A stretch of DNA of 64,000 bases from an uncultured Alphaproteobacteria bacterium (GTDB taxonomy: Bacteria; Pseudomonadota; Alphaproteobacteria; RF32; CAG-239). The notes under the pieces are model-generated. The model had not been told where the DNA came from. It saw only the letters and a list, made by a program, of their open reading frames with translations, and did not search any database. The position numbers and the translations under genes were made by a program. The first letter of the stretch is position 1. The number at the start of each line of letters is the position of its first letter. Below, in pieces: positions 27,040 through 37,496 of this stretch. The stretch covers positions 6,862 to 70,861 of the forward strand of contig CAKQUG010000008.1 in assembly GCA_934277545.1 (NCBI GenBank). Direction: 5' to 3'.

Positions 27040-27513
27040 CTATCTGAGTCTCAGCAAACGAGGATAATGGCTCATAACCGAGTTTCTATCCCTTAAAAAT
27101 TTTGCGACCTCCAAATTTTGCGCGCACCATCTGCGGGCTTCATCAACACGACTCTGAAACGGCAACGAATCATCACATTTAACCAAATAGATGAACGGAC
27201 CTTGCTTCCAAAGCATTACAAAATCACCGGCCGAAACGCGCAATGACGAATTAGCATACTTTGCTTGAGCAATTTTTGCAGCTTCCACAACCTGTACCGA
27301 ACGAAGATTACCATTTTCATCTTCTTCAGTTGCGTAAAAAGCACTGTTCTGATTGTCCAACACGCCTTTTACCACCTCATCATTCAGAATTTTGTTTATA
27401 TAACAAAATTCTGCATCTTTCTGTAAGGAGTACCCCTTGAAACAATGATGGGAACAAGAAGTAAACGTAAGAACCAACATCATTGCCATAAAGCAAAAAA
27501 CGAGTTTTTTCAT
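27040..27513 (-). CDS. Putative lipoprotein (157 aa)
   Basis: Signal peptide with a lipobox-like LTFTSC. Confidence 0.5.
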   Translation of the reverse strand: MKKLVFCFMAMMLVLTFTSCSHHCFKGYSLQKDAEFCYINKILNDEVVKGVLDNQNSAFYATEEDENGNLRSVQVVEAAKIAQAKYANSSLRVSAGDFVMLWKQGPFIYLVKCDDSLPFQSRVDEARRWCAQNLEVAKFLRDRNSVMSHYPRLLRLR

Positions 27514-27807
27514 AAAAATAAACTAAAAATTTGAAAAATTATTATTAAAACAACTTTGTTTTAGCACAGAAAAAAGCAAAGTCAAGCCCTGCACCCAAAA
27601 AAAGTTAAACATATCTTTGAAAAAGGCATATCCGAATATTATCCGCAAAATGTTTCAAACAAAAACTATTACCGATTGGACGTTGCCGAAAATATAAAAC
27701 AAAGCCTGATAGGCGTCATTTAGACAAATACCGGCTTGACAAAAAATACGATTATGATATATCATAATCGTATTTTTTTATTATTGTTTCACTAAAATTA
27801 TATCATT

Positions 27808-29019
27808 ATGTTTTGGAATTATTTTCATAACCGCTTTGCAAAACTAGTGCAAAAAGGTACTACTGATGAAGTTTTTCAACTGATGGATTCAGACTATAAA
27901 TTTTCGAAAAAAGCGCAAGAGGCTCTTATTTTACGCAAAAATGAAGCTGAGATAAGAGGCTATTTTATCAGGAAACGCGTTTTAAGCGATGAGAATCAAG
28001 TTCTTTTGATAGAACAGATGCCTTCAGAGATTTTCGATTTGATAGAACATCAATCTGTCTGCGACAAAGCTGCTGAAATGATTGTGCAAAATGGCAACAG
28101 CGACAATATAAAACTATTGCTGCATAATCAAAAAGTTCCCGAAAACGTTCAGAATGCTGTTATGAAACGAGACATTGAAGCTGAAATCAAGCATTTGCTT
28201 ATCTTTCAGAGAGATATCTCAATCGGCGTCATTAAAATGGTTGCCGAGCACGGCCGTCTGGATGAAGCGGAAACATTGATGGATAATCATCGCGTTTTTG
28301 ACATAATCGATCTTCGATGTCAAACAGCTACTACCTTGCTGCAGCTGAAAAATCGAATAGAGATAAAACGCAATGCAGAAATTGTCAACAAAGGAACTTC
28401 TCAAGAGATTATCCTGATGCTGAAATCATTGAAAAAAAACATTAACTCTGTTTTAGATAAAGAAAGCCGTGACAAAATTATTTTACGCGGCAATTCTGAA
28501 GAAATCATCGCTTATTTGGATTGTGGCTTTTTACCTAGTGAAAAAGCCATCGTGTATTTGATTGACAATGGTTTTTATCAGCTTGCAGCGCGATGTCTGA
28601 ACATTGATTGCGGCGGCTACATGCCTTTTACAGAAAAAATCATTGCGGCTGTGCTTGAAAAAGGTGATGAGTTATTGGTTTTTGCTTTGCTTCGCCATAG
28701 CAACCAGCTATCTCATTTACTGAAACAAATGAAGAAGCAGGAATGGTTTGAAAAACAAATTCTTGCTCGCGGCTCTAAAGATGAAATTGCCTGTATGGCG
28801 CGGATTTATAAGGTTTCTAAATACACTGTTAATGAAATTTTGCACCGCAACATCGGACAAGAAATCAAAGCTTTGATTGACGGTAACAACATCAGCGACG
28901 CTTATATCTATAATTTAATAGACCTGAAGCGTTATGATTTACTTGAAAATTATGCTCGCTATGTTCAGAATAATCCGACTTTATATTTTTTAATCAAATG
29001 CCGGAAACGAAACATCTAA
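27808..29019 (+). CDS. Hypothetical helical-repeat protein (403 aa)
   Basis: Internal repeats of the form [KR]G[NTS]S.EEII..L (KGTSQEIILML, RGNSEEIIAYL, RGSKDEIACMA) suggest an ARM/HEAT-like fold. Confidence 0.5.
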   Translation: MFWNYFHNRFAKLVQKGTTDEVFQLMDSDYKFSKKAQEALILRKNEAEIRGYFIRKRVLSDENQVLLIEQMPSEIFDLIEHQSVCDKAAEMIVQNGNSDNIKLLLHNQKVPENVQNAVMKRDIEAEIKHLLIFQRDISIGVIKMVAEHGRLDEAETLMDNHRVFDIIDLRCQTATTLLQLKNRIEIKRNAEIVNKGTSQEIILMLKSLKKNINSVLDKESRDKIILRGNSEEIIAYLDCGFLPSEKAIVYLIDNGFYQLAARCLNIDCGGYMPFTEKIIAAVLEKGDELLVFALLRHSNQLSHLLKQMKKQEWFEKQILARGSKDEIACMARIYKVSKYTVNEILHRNIGQEIKALIDGNNISDAYIYNLIDLKRYDLLENYARYVQNNPTLYFLIKCRKRNI

Positions 29020-29111
29020 ACTGCTTACAGAGCGCTTTTTTTTCAAGGCATCAGATTTTCTGATACATTTTATAAACAGCTGTTTGTTGTTTTTTGAATT
29101 GTAAAATATTA

Positions 29112-29149
29112 AACTCCCTTTCTGTTCATACAAAAAGGGAGTTTTTTTA
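29112..29149 (+). terminator. Rho-independent terminator (aactccctttc..aaagggagtt + T7)
   Basis: 10-bp stem followed by a T-run, between the 27808 gene and tig. Confidence 0.55.
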
Positions 29150-29183
29150 TAAGTGCTTAATATCAAAGCCAAATCGAAAAAAT

Positions 29184-30524
29184 TTAAGCTGACTTTTTAG
29201 CTCCGGCTTCGCTGAAGTCATAAAGTTCTTCAACAGAAACTTCTTTATCAGCCACATTAGCTTTTTCCAAAACATAATCAACGATTTTTTCTTCGTATGC
29301 AGGAGCTTTCAATGCTTCAACAGCGTCTTTATTCTTTACATAGTATTCAAAAACCATTTTTTCCTGTCCCGGGTAACGCTTAGCTTCATTCATAATAGCT
29401 TTGTTTACATCATCTGCAGACAGTTGCAATTTGGCGTCAGCACCGATTTCAGAAAGCAACAAACCCAATTTAACACGACGCAAAGCAATTTCTTTATATT
29501 CAGCCAAAATATCTTTTTCATCACGAGCTTTTTCACTTTCATCAAGCTGATTTTTAGCTTTAGCGTCTTGATATTGCTTTTCAATAGCGGAATATTCAGC
29601 GTCAATCAATTTTTGCGGAACATCAAAGTTATATTCTTTATCCAAAGCATCCAACAAATCGCGTTTCAATTTAATGCGAGAAGTTGCATTGTAGTCTTCC
29701 AAAATACGAGCTTCAATTTTAGATTTCAAATCAGCCACATCTTTTGCGCCCATAGATTTTGCAAATTCATCATTCAATTCCACCGGCTTATATTCGCGAA
29801 TTTCTTTGATTGTTGTAACAAACAAAGCCTCTTTTCCAGCCAAATCTTTAGCGTGATAATCAGCAGGGAAAGTGGTTTTAACTTCAACGGTTTCACCGGC
29901 TTTTTTACCGATTAACTGGTCTTCATAGCCCGGAATAAAGGAATTAGAACCCAATTCTAACGGATAAGAATTGCCTTTTCCGCCCTGGAATTCAACACCA
30001 TCAATAGAACCTACGAAATCAATAACGGCAATATCGCCTTTTTTAGCAGCTCTGTCTTCTTCTACTTTTGCAGAATCACGACGAGAATCTGTCATATATT
30101 TAACAGCTTTTTCAATTTCTTCGGCCGGAACTTTGGCAACATATTTATTCAAAGTAATCTTAGAAAAATCACCTACTTTAATTTCCGGCAAAACTTCAAC
30201 TTCTACCGTAAATTCAATATCTTTTCCGTCTTCAAATTTTTCAATTTTAATATCCGGAGTAACCGCCGGACGCAATTTGTTATCGCTAATAACCTGATTA
30301 ACCGCATCGCGAATCATATCATCAAGAACTTCGCCTAAAACGCTTGGACGATATTGTTTGTCAATCATAGCTTTTGGCGCATGACCTGCTCTAAATCCCG
30401 GTAATTTAATTTTTTTAGCAACCTGTTCCAATTTTTTATCAACAGCATTGGCAAAATCAGCAGCAGCCAAAGTAACATTATACTTTTTATTCAAACCTTT
30501 TGCTTTTTCTTCTTTTACATTCAT
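29184..30524 (-). CDS. tig: Trigger factor (ribosome-associated chaperone / PPIase)
   Basis: N-terminal ribosome-binding signature ..GFRAGHAPKAMIDKQY.., central FKBP-like domain, C-terminal helical arm; 446 aa. Confidence 0.9.
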   Translation of the reverse strand: MNVKEEKAKGLNKKYNVTLAAADFANAVDKKLEQVAKKIKLPGFRAGHAPKAMIDKQYRPSVLGEVLDDMIRDAVNQVISDNKLRPAVTPDIKIEKFEDGKDIEFTVEVEVLPEIKVGDFSKITLNKYVAKVPAEEIEKAVKYMTDSRRDSAKVEEDRAAKKGDIAVIDFVGSIDGVEFQGGKGNSYPLELGSNSFIPGYEDQLIGKKAGETVEVKTTFPADYHAKDLAGKEALFVTTIKEIREYKPVELNDEFAKSMGAKDVADLKSKIEARILEDYNATSRIKLKRDLLDALDKEYNFDVPQKLIDAEYSAIEKQYQDAKAKNQLDESEKARDEKDILAEYKEIALRRVKLGLLLSEIGADAKLQLSADDVNKAIMNEAKRYPGQEKMVFEYYVKNKDAVEALKAPAYEEKIVDYVLEKANVADKEVSVEELYDFSEAGAKKSA

Positions 30525-30579
30525 TGTGATTTTCTCTAAAATAAATTGTTATTAACACAACACCACCAAAAAACAATGA

Positions 30580-30664
30580 TGGTGCGGGTAAAGAGACTCG
30601 AACTCTTAAGCCTCGCGGCACCAGATCCTAAGTCTGGCGTGTCTACCAATTTCACCATACCCGC
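30580..30664 (-). tRNA. tRNA-Leu (anticodon UAG), class II with a long variable arm, CCA encoded
   Basis: The reverse complement folds as GCGGGTA acceptor, anticodon arm CCAGA-CTTAGGA-TCTGG, long variable arm, T-arm GAGTTCGAGTCTC and 3' ACCA. Confidence 0.85.
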
Positions 30665-30809
30665 GCTGGGATTATATCCCAATTACCGCGGATTAGAACA
30701 TAAAACTTTTTATAAATCAAGCAATTTTTAGCACTTACTCCACAAAAATCTTGCAAATCGGCAAATTTTGTTTATAACAAGCACTAATAAATAAAGTACA
30801 GAGGAAAAT

Positions 30810-32399
30810 ATGCCAGAACAAATTGTCAATAAACGCAAAACTTTTGCCATTATTTCACACCCGGACGCAGGTAAAACTACTTTAACCGAAAAATTGTTGC
30901 TGTTCGGCGGCGCAATTCAGCAAGCCGGAGCCGTTAAAGCCAGAGGCGAAAACCGCCACGCTCATTCCGACTGGATGAAAGTGGAACAAGAACGCGGTAT
31001 TTCAGTAGCTTCTTCCGTGATGAATTTCAATTATAATAACATCACATTTAATTTACTGGACACTCCTGGACACGAAGACTTTTCCGAAGATACTTACCGT
31101 GTTTTAACTGCTGTTGATTCGGCTGTAATGGTGCTGGATTCCGCCAAAGGTATTGAAACTCAAACAAAAAAGCTGTTTGAAGTCTGCCGTTTGCGCAATA
31201 TCCCGATTATTACCTTTATCAACAAATTGGACCGCGAAGGCCTTGATCCTTTTGAATTATTAGACGACATTGAAAAAACTTTGGCTCTTGATGTTACTCC
31301 GGCCAGCTGGCCGATTGGCAGCGGTAAAGATTTTTTGGGCTGTTATGATTTGATTAACGATCAACTGATTTTAATGAATAAAAACGGTTCTAAATCGCTG
31401 ATTAACGACACTATTGAAACCTGTAAAGGCTTAGATGACCCGAAACTTGACATGCTATTGCCGGCTCACGCCGTAAAAAAACTGCGCGAAGATGTGGAAA
31501 TGGTACGCGAGCTCTGTCCGGCGTTTGATTTAGAGTTATACTTAGCCGGCGCCCTAACTCCGGTATTTTTCGGCAGTGCCGTCAACAATTTCGGCGTACG
31601 CGAAGTATTAAACGGTTTGCATAAATTTGCGCCATCTCCTCGTCCTCAGCCAAGTGCCGAACGCGTGGTTAACGCCGACGAAAAGAAAGTTACCGGCTTT
31701 GTCTTTAAAATTCAAGCCAACATGGACCCTAAACACCGCGACCGCATTGCTTTTATGCGTATTTGTTCCGGTCATTTTAAACGCGGCATGAGTCTGTTAC
31801 AGGTTCGCACCGGTAAAGATATTAAAGTGCCGACACCGGTTATGTTTTTGGCGCAAGAACGAGAACTTGCCGAAGATGCTTACGCCGGCGATATTATAGG
31901 TATTCCTAACCACGGACAGCTGCGTATCGGCGATACATTGACTGAAGGCGAAAAACTGCATTATACGGGAATTCCGAGTTTTGCTCCGGAACTTTTGAAA
32001 TCCGTCCGCGCTAAAGATCCGTTAAAATCCAAACACCTGGCTAACGCTTTGCAGCAAATTGCCGAAGAAGGCGGTGCCAGCATTTTCAAGCCTATTGTCG
32101 GTTCTGAATATATTGTCGGCGTGGTCGGCGCGCTGCAATTTGAAGTTATCGCTGACCGTCTGCGCACCGAATTTAATATTGATGTGATTTTCGAACCTAC
32201 TCAATATTATACGGCACGTTGGGTCAGCAGTACGGACAAAGCGGAATTGGAAAAATTTTATAACACCAATCAGCTGAACATTGCCGACGATTATGACGGC
32301 GAAAAAGTCTTTTTAGCCCGCAACGCTTGGCATTTGGGCAAAATCAAAGAAGATTTCCCGCATTTGGAACTGCATAAAACCCGCGAACAGGTATTTTAA
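30810..32399 (+). CDS. prfC: Peptide chain release factor 3 (GTPase)
   Basis: N-terminus ..RTFAIISHPDAGKTTLTEKLLLFGGAIQ.AG.V.. with G1-G4 GTPase motifs; 529 aa. Confidence 0.9.
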   Translation: MPEQIVNKRKTFAIISHPDAGKTTLTEKLLLFGGAIQQAGAVKARGENRHAHSDWMKVEQERGISVASSVMNFNYNNITFNLLDTPGHEDFSEDTYRVLTAVDSAVMVLDSAKGIETQTKKLFEVCRLRNIPIITFINKLDREGLDPFELLDDIEKTLALDVTPASWPIGSGKDFLGCYDLINDQLILMNKNGSKSLINDTIETCKGLDDPKLDMLLPAHAVKKLREDVEMVRELCPAFDLELYLAGALTPVFFGSAVNNFGVREVLNGLHKFAPSPRPQPSAERVVNADEKKVTGFVFKIQANMDPKHRDRIAFMRICSGHFKRGMSLLQVRTGKDIKVPTPVMFLAQERELAEDAYAGDIIGIPNHGQLRIGDTLTEGEKLHYTGIPSFAPELLKSVRAKDPLKSKHLANALQQIAEEGGASIFKPIVGSEYIVGVVGALQFEVIADRLRTEFNIDVIFEPTQYYTARWVSSTDKAELEKFYNTNQLNIADDYDGEKVFLARNAWHLGKIKEDFPHLELHKTREQVF

Positions 32400-32501
32400 T
32401 TTATTATCTGTTAAGAAATTCAAAGCAAACCTTGCGTTTTTTCGGGGTTTGCTTTAATGTTTTAAAATAAATATGGTCAGTAAATTATAGGAGATAAACT
32501 G

Positions 32502-34214
32502 ATGAAGTTTGCAGCAGGTTTAATCAAAATTTTCAGCGGAATACTGTCCGCCTTTGTTTTTGGCGCATTTTTGTACTATACCTATCAATATCAAATTACC
32601 AAAGACGCCGACAATTTGTTTACGGCAAATTTGGCGCTGGCGGTGTTTTTAATTTCGTCCGTAACCTTTGCCCTGCTTTTTGTTTTGTTTGATGTCTACC
32701 AAAACAAAAATACCGAAAGCGAACTGGCAAAATTGCTTAAAGGCGCGGATTTAACCAAAAACAGCGAAAACAGCAACATTACCGACCTACTGGTTAAAAT
32801 AGCCTCGTTCAACAACCAAACCAACCAGCTTTTAGACCACCGCCTGACTGAAATCAACACCGGATTAAGCTCGTTAAACAACAGTTCAGAAGTCAACAGC
32901 ACTAATTTTCAATCATCATTAGAGCAGCTGACAGCTATATGCGGCGAAATTTCACAATATGTGGACAACATCAAAAACGAAAACACCAAAGAAAATCAGC
33001 GTAACGCCGGGCACAACGGCAACTTTGATGTGTTGGTGGCAACGGTTTCCCGCTTGAGTTCTGACTTGAACGACTTAAACGGACGTTTGCTGGATGTTGT
33101 TAATCAAATCAGCAAAAACGTTACGACCAGTATTCAAAGCCATACCGATATAGACAATGAAATCAAGAATTTATTAAAAGAAATTCTTATGGCTAAAACC
33201 GGTGAAACTACGGCTTCGGCATTGCCGGTTTCTGAGCCTGCGGCTGATGTTGCCGCCGTTGAATACGAGGACAAAAACGAACCTGCTCCGCAGTCTGTAG
33301 CCGATTTTTATAAAGAACGATTTAAGGACATAAAAGAAAATCAAGAAGAGCAAGCAGAAGCCGCGCCGGATGAAGTTACGGATGACTCCGAAATTTTGCA
33401 AGGCAACGAACAACGTATTGACAACCTGCTTAACACGCCGGAACAAACTGAAACTTTCGCGCCGCAGCCGCTGGATTTAACCGAACCGCAAGAAGATGCG
33501 CAAGCCGAAAAGCAAGCAGCTGATGAAACTACGGAAATTAAAGAAAAAGAACCGTGGAATGCCACTCTTGACAAAGAAATTTCCGAAGCAGAACAAGAAT
33601 ATATGCCGCAGCCTGCCGAAGATAACGATTCTGCATCAGAACAAAACTCTTTTGCCGAACCGATTGTTAATAATTTTGACAATACGGCTGAGCCTGTTTT
33701 TTCAAATACGCCGGTTACTGATGAAACCGTAGATACTCCGCTTGATTTTGATGTAAATACCGACATTTCCGACAGCTTTGAATTACCAACCGAATCTGAA
33801 ACACCTGCTTCGTCAGTTCAGCCGAATTATTCTGCGGAATCTAAAACTGAACCGTACTTTGAACAACCGGTTGCAGCAGTTGCTTCCGAACCGGCTCCGG
33901 CAAGTGATTTTTCATTGGCGGCCAGCGACCCGTTTAATCCGTCGCCGGAACATTTTGAAGATTTGAAACAAGCGGTACAAACAAGCGACGCAGATTCGGT
34001 ATCTCTTGATTTACAGGATGAAGAACCGGTTTCGATGGATTTACCGAATGAAGAAAGCAATGTCAAACTTGATGATATTTTCAACGATGATTTTGCCAAT
34101 GAAATGGCAAACTTAGACATTTTGAAGGATGATAACAATAACAAAAACACGGGAGAAATCTCGGTAGAAGATTTGCTTGCCGACGACAACGACCCATACA
34201 ATCCCAATAAATAA
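32502..34214 (+). CDS. Membrane-anchored, highly acidic low-complexity protein (570 aa)
   Basis: Two N-terminal TM helices, a coiled-coil segment, then a long D/E/P/T-rich tail. Confidence 0.5.
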   Translation: MKFAAGLIKIFSGILSAFVFGAFLYYTYQYQITKDADNLFTANLALAVFLISSVTFALLFVLFDVYQNKNTESELAKLLKGADLTKNSENSNITDLLVKIASFNNQTNQLLDHRLTEINTGLSSLNNSSEVNSTNFQSSLEQLTAICGEISQYVDNIKNENTKENQRNAGHNGNFDVLVATVSRLSSDLNDLNGRLLDVVNQISKNVTTSIQSHTDIDNEIKNLLKEILMAKTGETTASALPVSEPAADVAAVEYEDKNEPAPQSVADFYKERFKDIKENQEEQAEAAPDEVTDDSEILQGNEQRIDNLLNTPEQTETFAPQPLDLTEPQEDAQAEKQAADETTEIKEKEPWNATLDKEISEAEQEYMPQPAEDNDSASEQNSFAEPIVNNFDNTAEPVFSNTPVTDETVDTPLDFDVNTDISDSFELPTESETPASSVQPNYSAESKTEPYFEQPVAAVASEPAPASDFSLAASDPFNPSPEHFEDLKQAVQTSDADSVSLDLQDEEPVSMDLPNEESNVKLDDIFNDDFANEMANLDILKDDNNNKNTGEISVEDLLADDNDPYNPNK

Positions 34215-34306
34215 CTTCCTTAATTAAATTATTGCAAACAAAAAAATACAGTGCTATCTTAGCGCTGTATTTTTTATTTTGATGTTTCATTTTTAATATA
34301 ATCATT

Positions 34307-35737
34307 ATGGAAAAATTTGCTTATAATCCAAAGTCTTCCAAGGCTGAGGAATTTATCTCGCATGACGAAATCTACGCCACGCTTGACTATGCCGACCAAA
34401 ACAAAAACAACCTTGCTTTAATTCGGCAGATTCTTGACAAAGCCGAACTGGAAAAAGGTTTGACACACCGCGAGGCTTCGGTTTTGCTGGCTTGCGACAA
34501 TCCGGAAATTGAAGCGGAAATTTTTGCGCTGGCCGAGCGTATAAAACAAAACTACTACGGCAACCGCATTGTGCTTTTCGCTCCGCTCTATCTTTCCAAC
34601 TATTGCGTAAACAGCTGCGTTTACTGCCCTTATCATGTCAAAAACAAGCATATCTTCCGCAAAAAGATGACACAGGATGAAATACGCCGGGAAGTTATTG
34701 CTTTGCAGGATATGGGACATAAGCGCTTGGCGTTGGAATTGGGAGAAGACCCGGTAAACAATCCGATTGAATACGTTTTGGAAAGTATCAAGACTATTTA
34801 CGGTATCAAGCACAAAAACGGAGCAATCCGCCGCGTCAATGTCAATATTGCCGCCACCACGGTAGAAAATTATGCCAAACTGCACCAAGCAGGTATCGGC
34901 ACCTACATTCTGTTCCAAGAAACCTATAACAAGGAATCTTACGAACAACTGCACCCGAAAGGCCCTAAGCACGACTATGCTTGGCATACCGAGGCTATGG
35001 ACAGAGCCATGCTGGGCGGAATTGACGACGTCGGGCTTGGTGTTTTGTTTGGTTTGTCAACCTATCGTTACGAATTTAGCGGTTTGTTGATGCACGCCGA
35101 ACATCTGGAAGCCGTTTTCGGGGTCGGTCCGCACACTATCAGCGTCCCTCGCCTGCGTGCGGCAGATGATATTGACCCGAGTCAATTCAGCAACTGCGTG
35201 CCGGATAATATTTTTGCTAAAATCGTAGCTTTAATCCGCATTGCCGTGCCTTATACCGGAATGATTGTTTCTACCCGCGAAAGCCAAAAAACGCGCGAAC
35301 AGGTTTTGAAACTCGGTATTTCACAAATTTCCGGCGGCTCTAAAACCTCTGTCGGCGGCTATGCAAAACCGGAAGCAGATGATGAACGTTCCGAGCAGTT
35401 TGAAGTTGAAGACACTCGTTCGCTTGATGAGGTTATCAACTGGCTGATGCTGATGGGTTATGTGCCGAGTTTCTGCACCGCCTGCTATCGTTCAGGACGC
35501 ACCGGAGACCGCTTTATGGAACTTTGCAAAGCCAAGCAAATTCACAATTGCTGCCATCCTAACGCGCTTATGACCTTGGAAGAGTTTTTGACCGATTATG
35601 CTTCGGCAGAAACCAAAGCCATCGGCGAAAAACTGATTGACAGCGAACTAAAAACATTTCCGCCCAAACTTGCCGCGGCTATTCTGGAAAGATTGGAAAA
35701 AATCCGCAGCAATCAGGGAAATGATTTCTACTTTTAA
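34307..35737 (+). CDS. hydG: [FeFe]-hydrogenase maturase HydG (radical SAM tyrosine lyase)
   Basis: N-terminal CxxxCxxC (CVNSCVYCPY) plus the C-terminal auxiliary cluster cysteines (..CTACYRSGRTGDRFMELCKAKQIHNCCHPN), diagnostic of HydG rather than ThiH. Confidence 0.8.
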   Translation: MEKFAYNPKSSKAEEFISHDEIYATLDYADQNKNNLALIRQILDKAELEKGLTHREASVLLACDNPEIEAEIFALAERIKQNYYGNRIVLFAPLYLSNYCVNSCVYCPYHVKNKHIFRKKMTQDEIRREVIALQDMGHKRLALELGEDPVNNPIEYVLESIKTIYGIKHKNGAIRRVNVNIAATTVENYAKLHQAGIGTYILFQETYNKESYEQLHPKGPKHDYAWHTEAMDRAMLGGIDDVGLGVLFGLSTYRYEFSGLLMHAEHLEAVFGVGPHTISVPRLRAADDIDPSQFSNCVPDNIFAKIVALIRIAVPYTGMIVSTRESQKTREQVLKLGISQISGGSKTSVGGYAKPEADDERSEQFEVEDTRSLDEVINWLMLMGYVPSFCTACYRSGRTGDRFMELCKAKQIHNCCHPNALMTLEEFLTDYASAETKAIGEKLIDSELKTFPPKLAAAILERLEKIRSNQGNDFYF

Positions 35738-35784
35738 CCTGTAAAAAAATCCGCCTGCTTTTATAACAGACGGATTTTTTATTG

Positions 35785-36687
35785 CTACTCGCAAGCCTTA
35801 TGCTCTGGCATGGCTAAATATTTTTGATATTCATTCGCCGAATATTCATCAACATACGCCGCAATTTTGGCGTTGGCATTTTGCTGTTTCTTTACCAAAT
35901 TCCAAACTTCAGCACTCAAATAAGGTTGCATTTTTGCGTATGGAATTACAAAAGCAACCATACCATCGGCATAGCTGGCAATTTCATATTGCTGATAGGC
36001 AAAACCGACACCGCTGTCCGTTAAAAACGGCTTGCTTGCCGGCAGAGGTAAATTGTTCACATCCACTTCACCAAACACCGCGTCTTGCAGTTTTTCCGGC
36101 TGAAATTCACATTGATAAACAGCGGCTTTCTGCGTGCTGAAATAAGCAGAAACCCCTTGCTTCAACAATTGTTTAAATTCGTTAGAAGACACTCTTTCAT
36201 TCAGTATATGTTCATTAAGCAGCACACCATCTGATTTACGGATACTCGCAGCACCCCATTCAGGCATTCCGTGCGCTCCGCCCGTAAACACATATGCATT
36301 TTTTTCATAAGTTATAAATCGAGGAGTTTGAACAACAACTTTTACATTTGCAGTATAAGTTGATTTAAATGTCTGAACATAATCTTCAGCAGGATAATCT
36401 TCAGCAGGAGCGGTTGTCAATTCAGCCGTCTTTTCTGCGACAAACTGCTGCAAAAATTTTTTTCCGTCATTTAATTGCCCTTTGTAATCTGCAATAAGCA
36501 AATCCGCAACATGCTGACGAATAGAATTAAGCGCAGTATCATCGCCTTTTTGCGGATATTCCATTTCAACTGTAACCTGTACATTTTCATTTCCTTTAGA
36601 AATGCCGTATTTTTCAGTTGTTATGGTATTATCATTATGACATGCCGCCACAGCCAGTATAAACACTGCGCTCAAAATTCTATTCAT
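35785..36687 (-). CDS. DUF3298/DUF4163-domain lipoprotein (RsiV/PdaC C-terminal-domain-like)
   Basis: Lipoprotein signal (..LAVAAC) and the hallmark ..YVFTGGAHGMPE.. motif of DUF3298. Confidence 0.6.
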   Translation of the reverse strand: MNRILSAVFILAVAACHNDNTITTEKYGISKGNENVQVTVEMEYPQKGDDTALNSIRQHVADLLIADYKGQLNDGKKFLQQFVAEKTAELTTAPAEDYPAEDYVQTFKSTYTANVKVVVQTPRFITYEKNAYVFTGGAHGMPEWGAASIRKSDGVLLNEHILNERVSSNEFKQLLKQGVSAYFSTQKAAVYQCEFQPEKLQDAVFGEVDVNNLPLPASKPFLTDSGVGFAYQQYEIASYADGMVAFVIPYAKMQPYLSAEVWNLVKKQQNANAKIAAYVDEYSANEYQKYLAMPEHKACE

Positions 36688-36763
36688 ATATTTTCTCCTT
36701 GTTCATTATATATTTTTATAATAATAAGTCTGCCAAATTAAATGTCAATATTTATAAAAAAAA

Positions 36764-36783
36764 TGTCAATATATCTATTGACA
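36764..36783. promoter_or_regulatory. 20-bp palindrome TGTCAATA-TATC-TATTGACA overlapping a -35-like TTGACA, upstream of a small membrane-protein gene; an extra half-site lies at 36743..36751
   Basis: 8-bp arms are perfect reverse complements. Resembles an operator overlapping the promoter. Confidence 0.4.
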
Positions 36784-36862
36784 AGTCAAAAAATGATGCT
36801 ATTTTACAGCCGTTTTGCAATTATTTTTTAATTATTTTTCACAATAAAAATTTTTTATCATT

Positions 36863-37078
36863 ATGGAATTAAAAGCAATTTTCGGAGTTAGCGTGTTAGT
36901 CGTATTTATTGTTATCGCCGTTGTCGGAATTATCCTCAACCGCAAAGAATGTCGCCGCGTCTCCATTTCACACCCCAAGCAAGTCGGTGATTTTACCAAA
37001 GGATATATATGTATATATTCCGTTTTGATTATCGCCACCGGTTTTATACTTGCTAAAGCAGGATTTTTCGGCTGCTGA
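36863..37078 (+). CDS. Small two-TM membrane protein (71 aa)
   Basis: Two hydrophobic helices. The conserved ttttatcattATG start context is shared with the next small ORF. Confidence 0.35.
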   Translation: MELKAIFGVSVLVVFIVIAVVGIILNRKECRRVSISHPKQVGDFTKGYICIYSVLIIATGFILAKAGFFGC

Positions 37079-37196
37079 GGAATTTGCCTTGGAAACTTAT
37101 AATTGTTCCAAGGCCATTTTTTTTATTCTTTTATTGACAAAATAAACAAAACATTCTACACTGCAGACATAGTTTAATTTTTAATCTTTTATCATT

Positions 37197-37415
37197 ATGA
37201 ACAATCTTACTTTTGCCATCTGCTTGGTTATCGGCTTTTTTATTGTGCTCGGCTTCGGCTCATACCTTGACAGCAACGCTTACAAAAAAGCCATAGCCGC
37301 CAGGAAAAAAACTAAAATCGGTCAACCGAATTACTCCGGTAATTTTATGGTATGTTACCTGATTTTATGCGTCATCGTCAGTATCATTTTAAAGTGTTTC
37401 AACCTGATTGAATAA
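37197..37415 (+). CDS. Small two-TM membrane protein (72 aa)
   Basis: Same size, topology and start context as the 36863 ORF. Preceded by TTGACA-17-TACACT. Confidence 0.35.
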   Translation: MNNLTFAICLVIGFFIVLGFGSYLDSNAYKKAIAARKKTKIGQPNYSGNFMVCYLILCVIVSIILKCFNLIE

Positions 37416-37496
37416 CGTAAAAAAAACAAAAAACTGCCCCATTTTTTGATGGCGCAGTTTTTTGTTTATATCTCAGTCATTTTCAATTCATCACAG

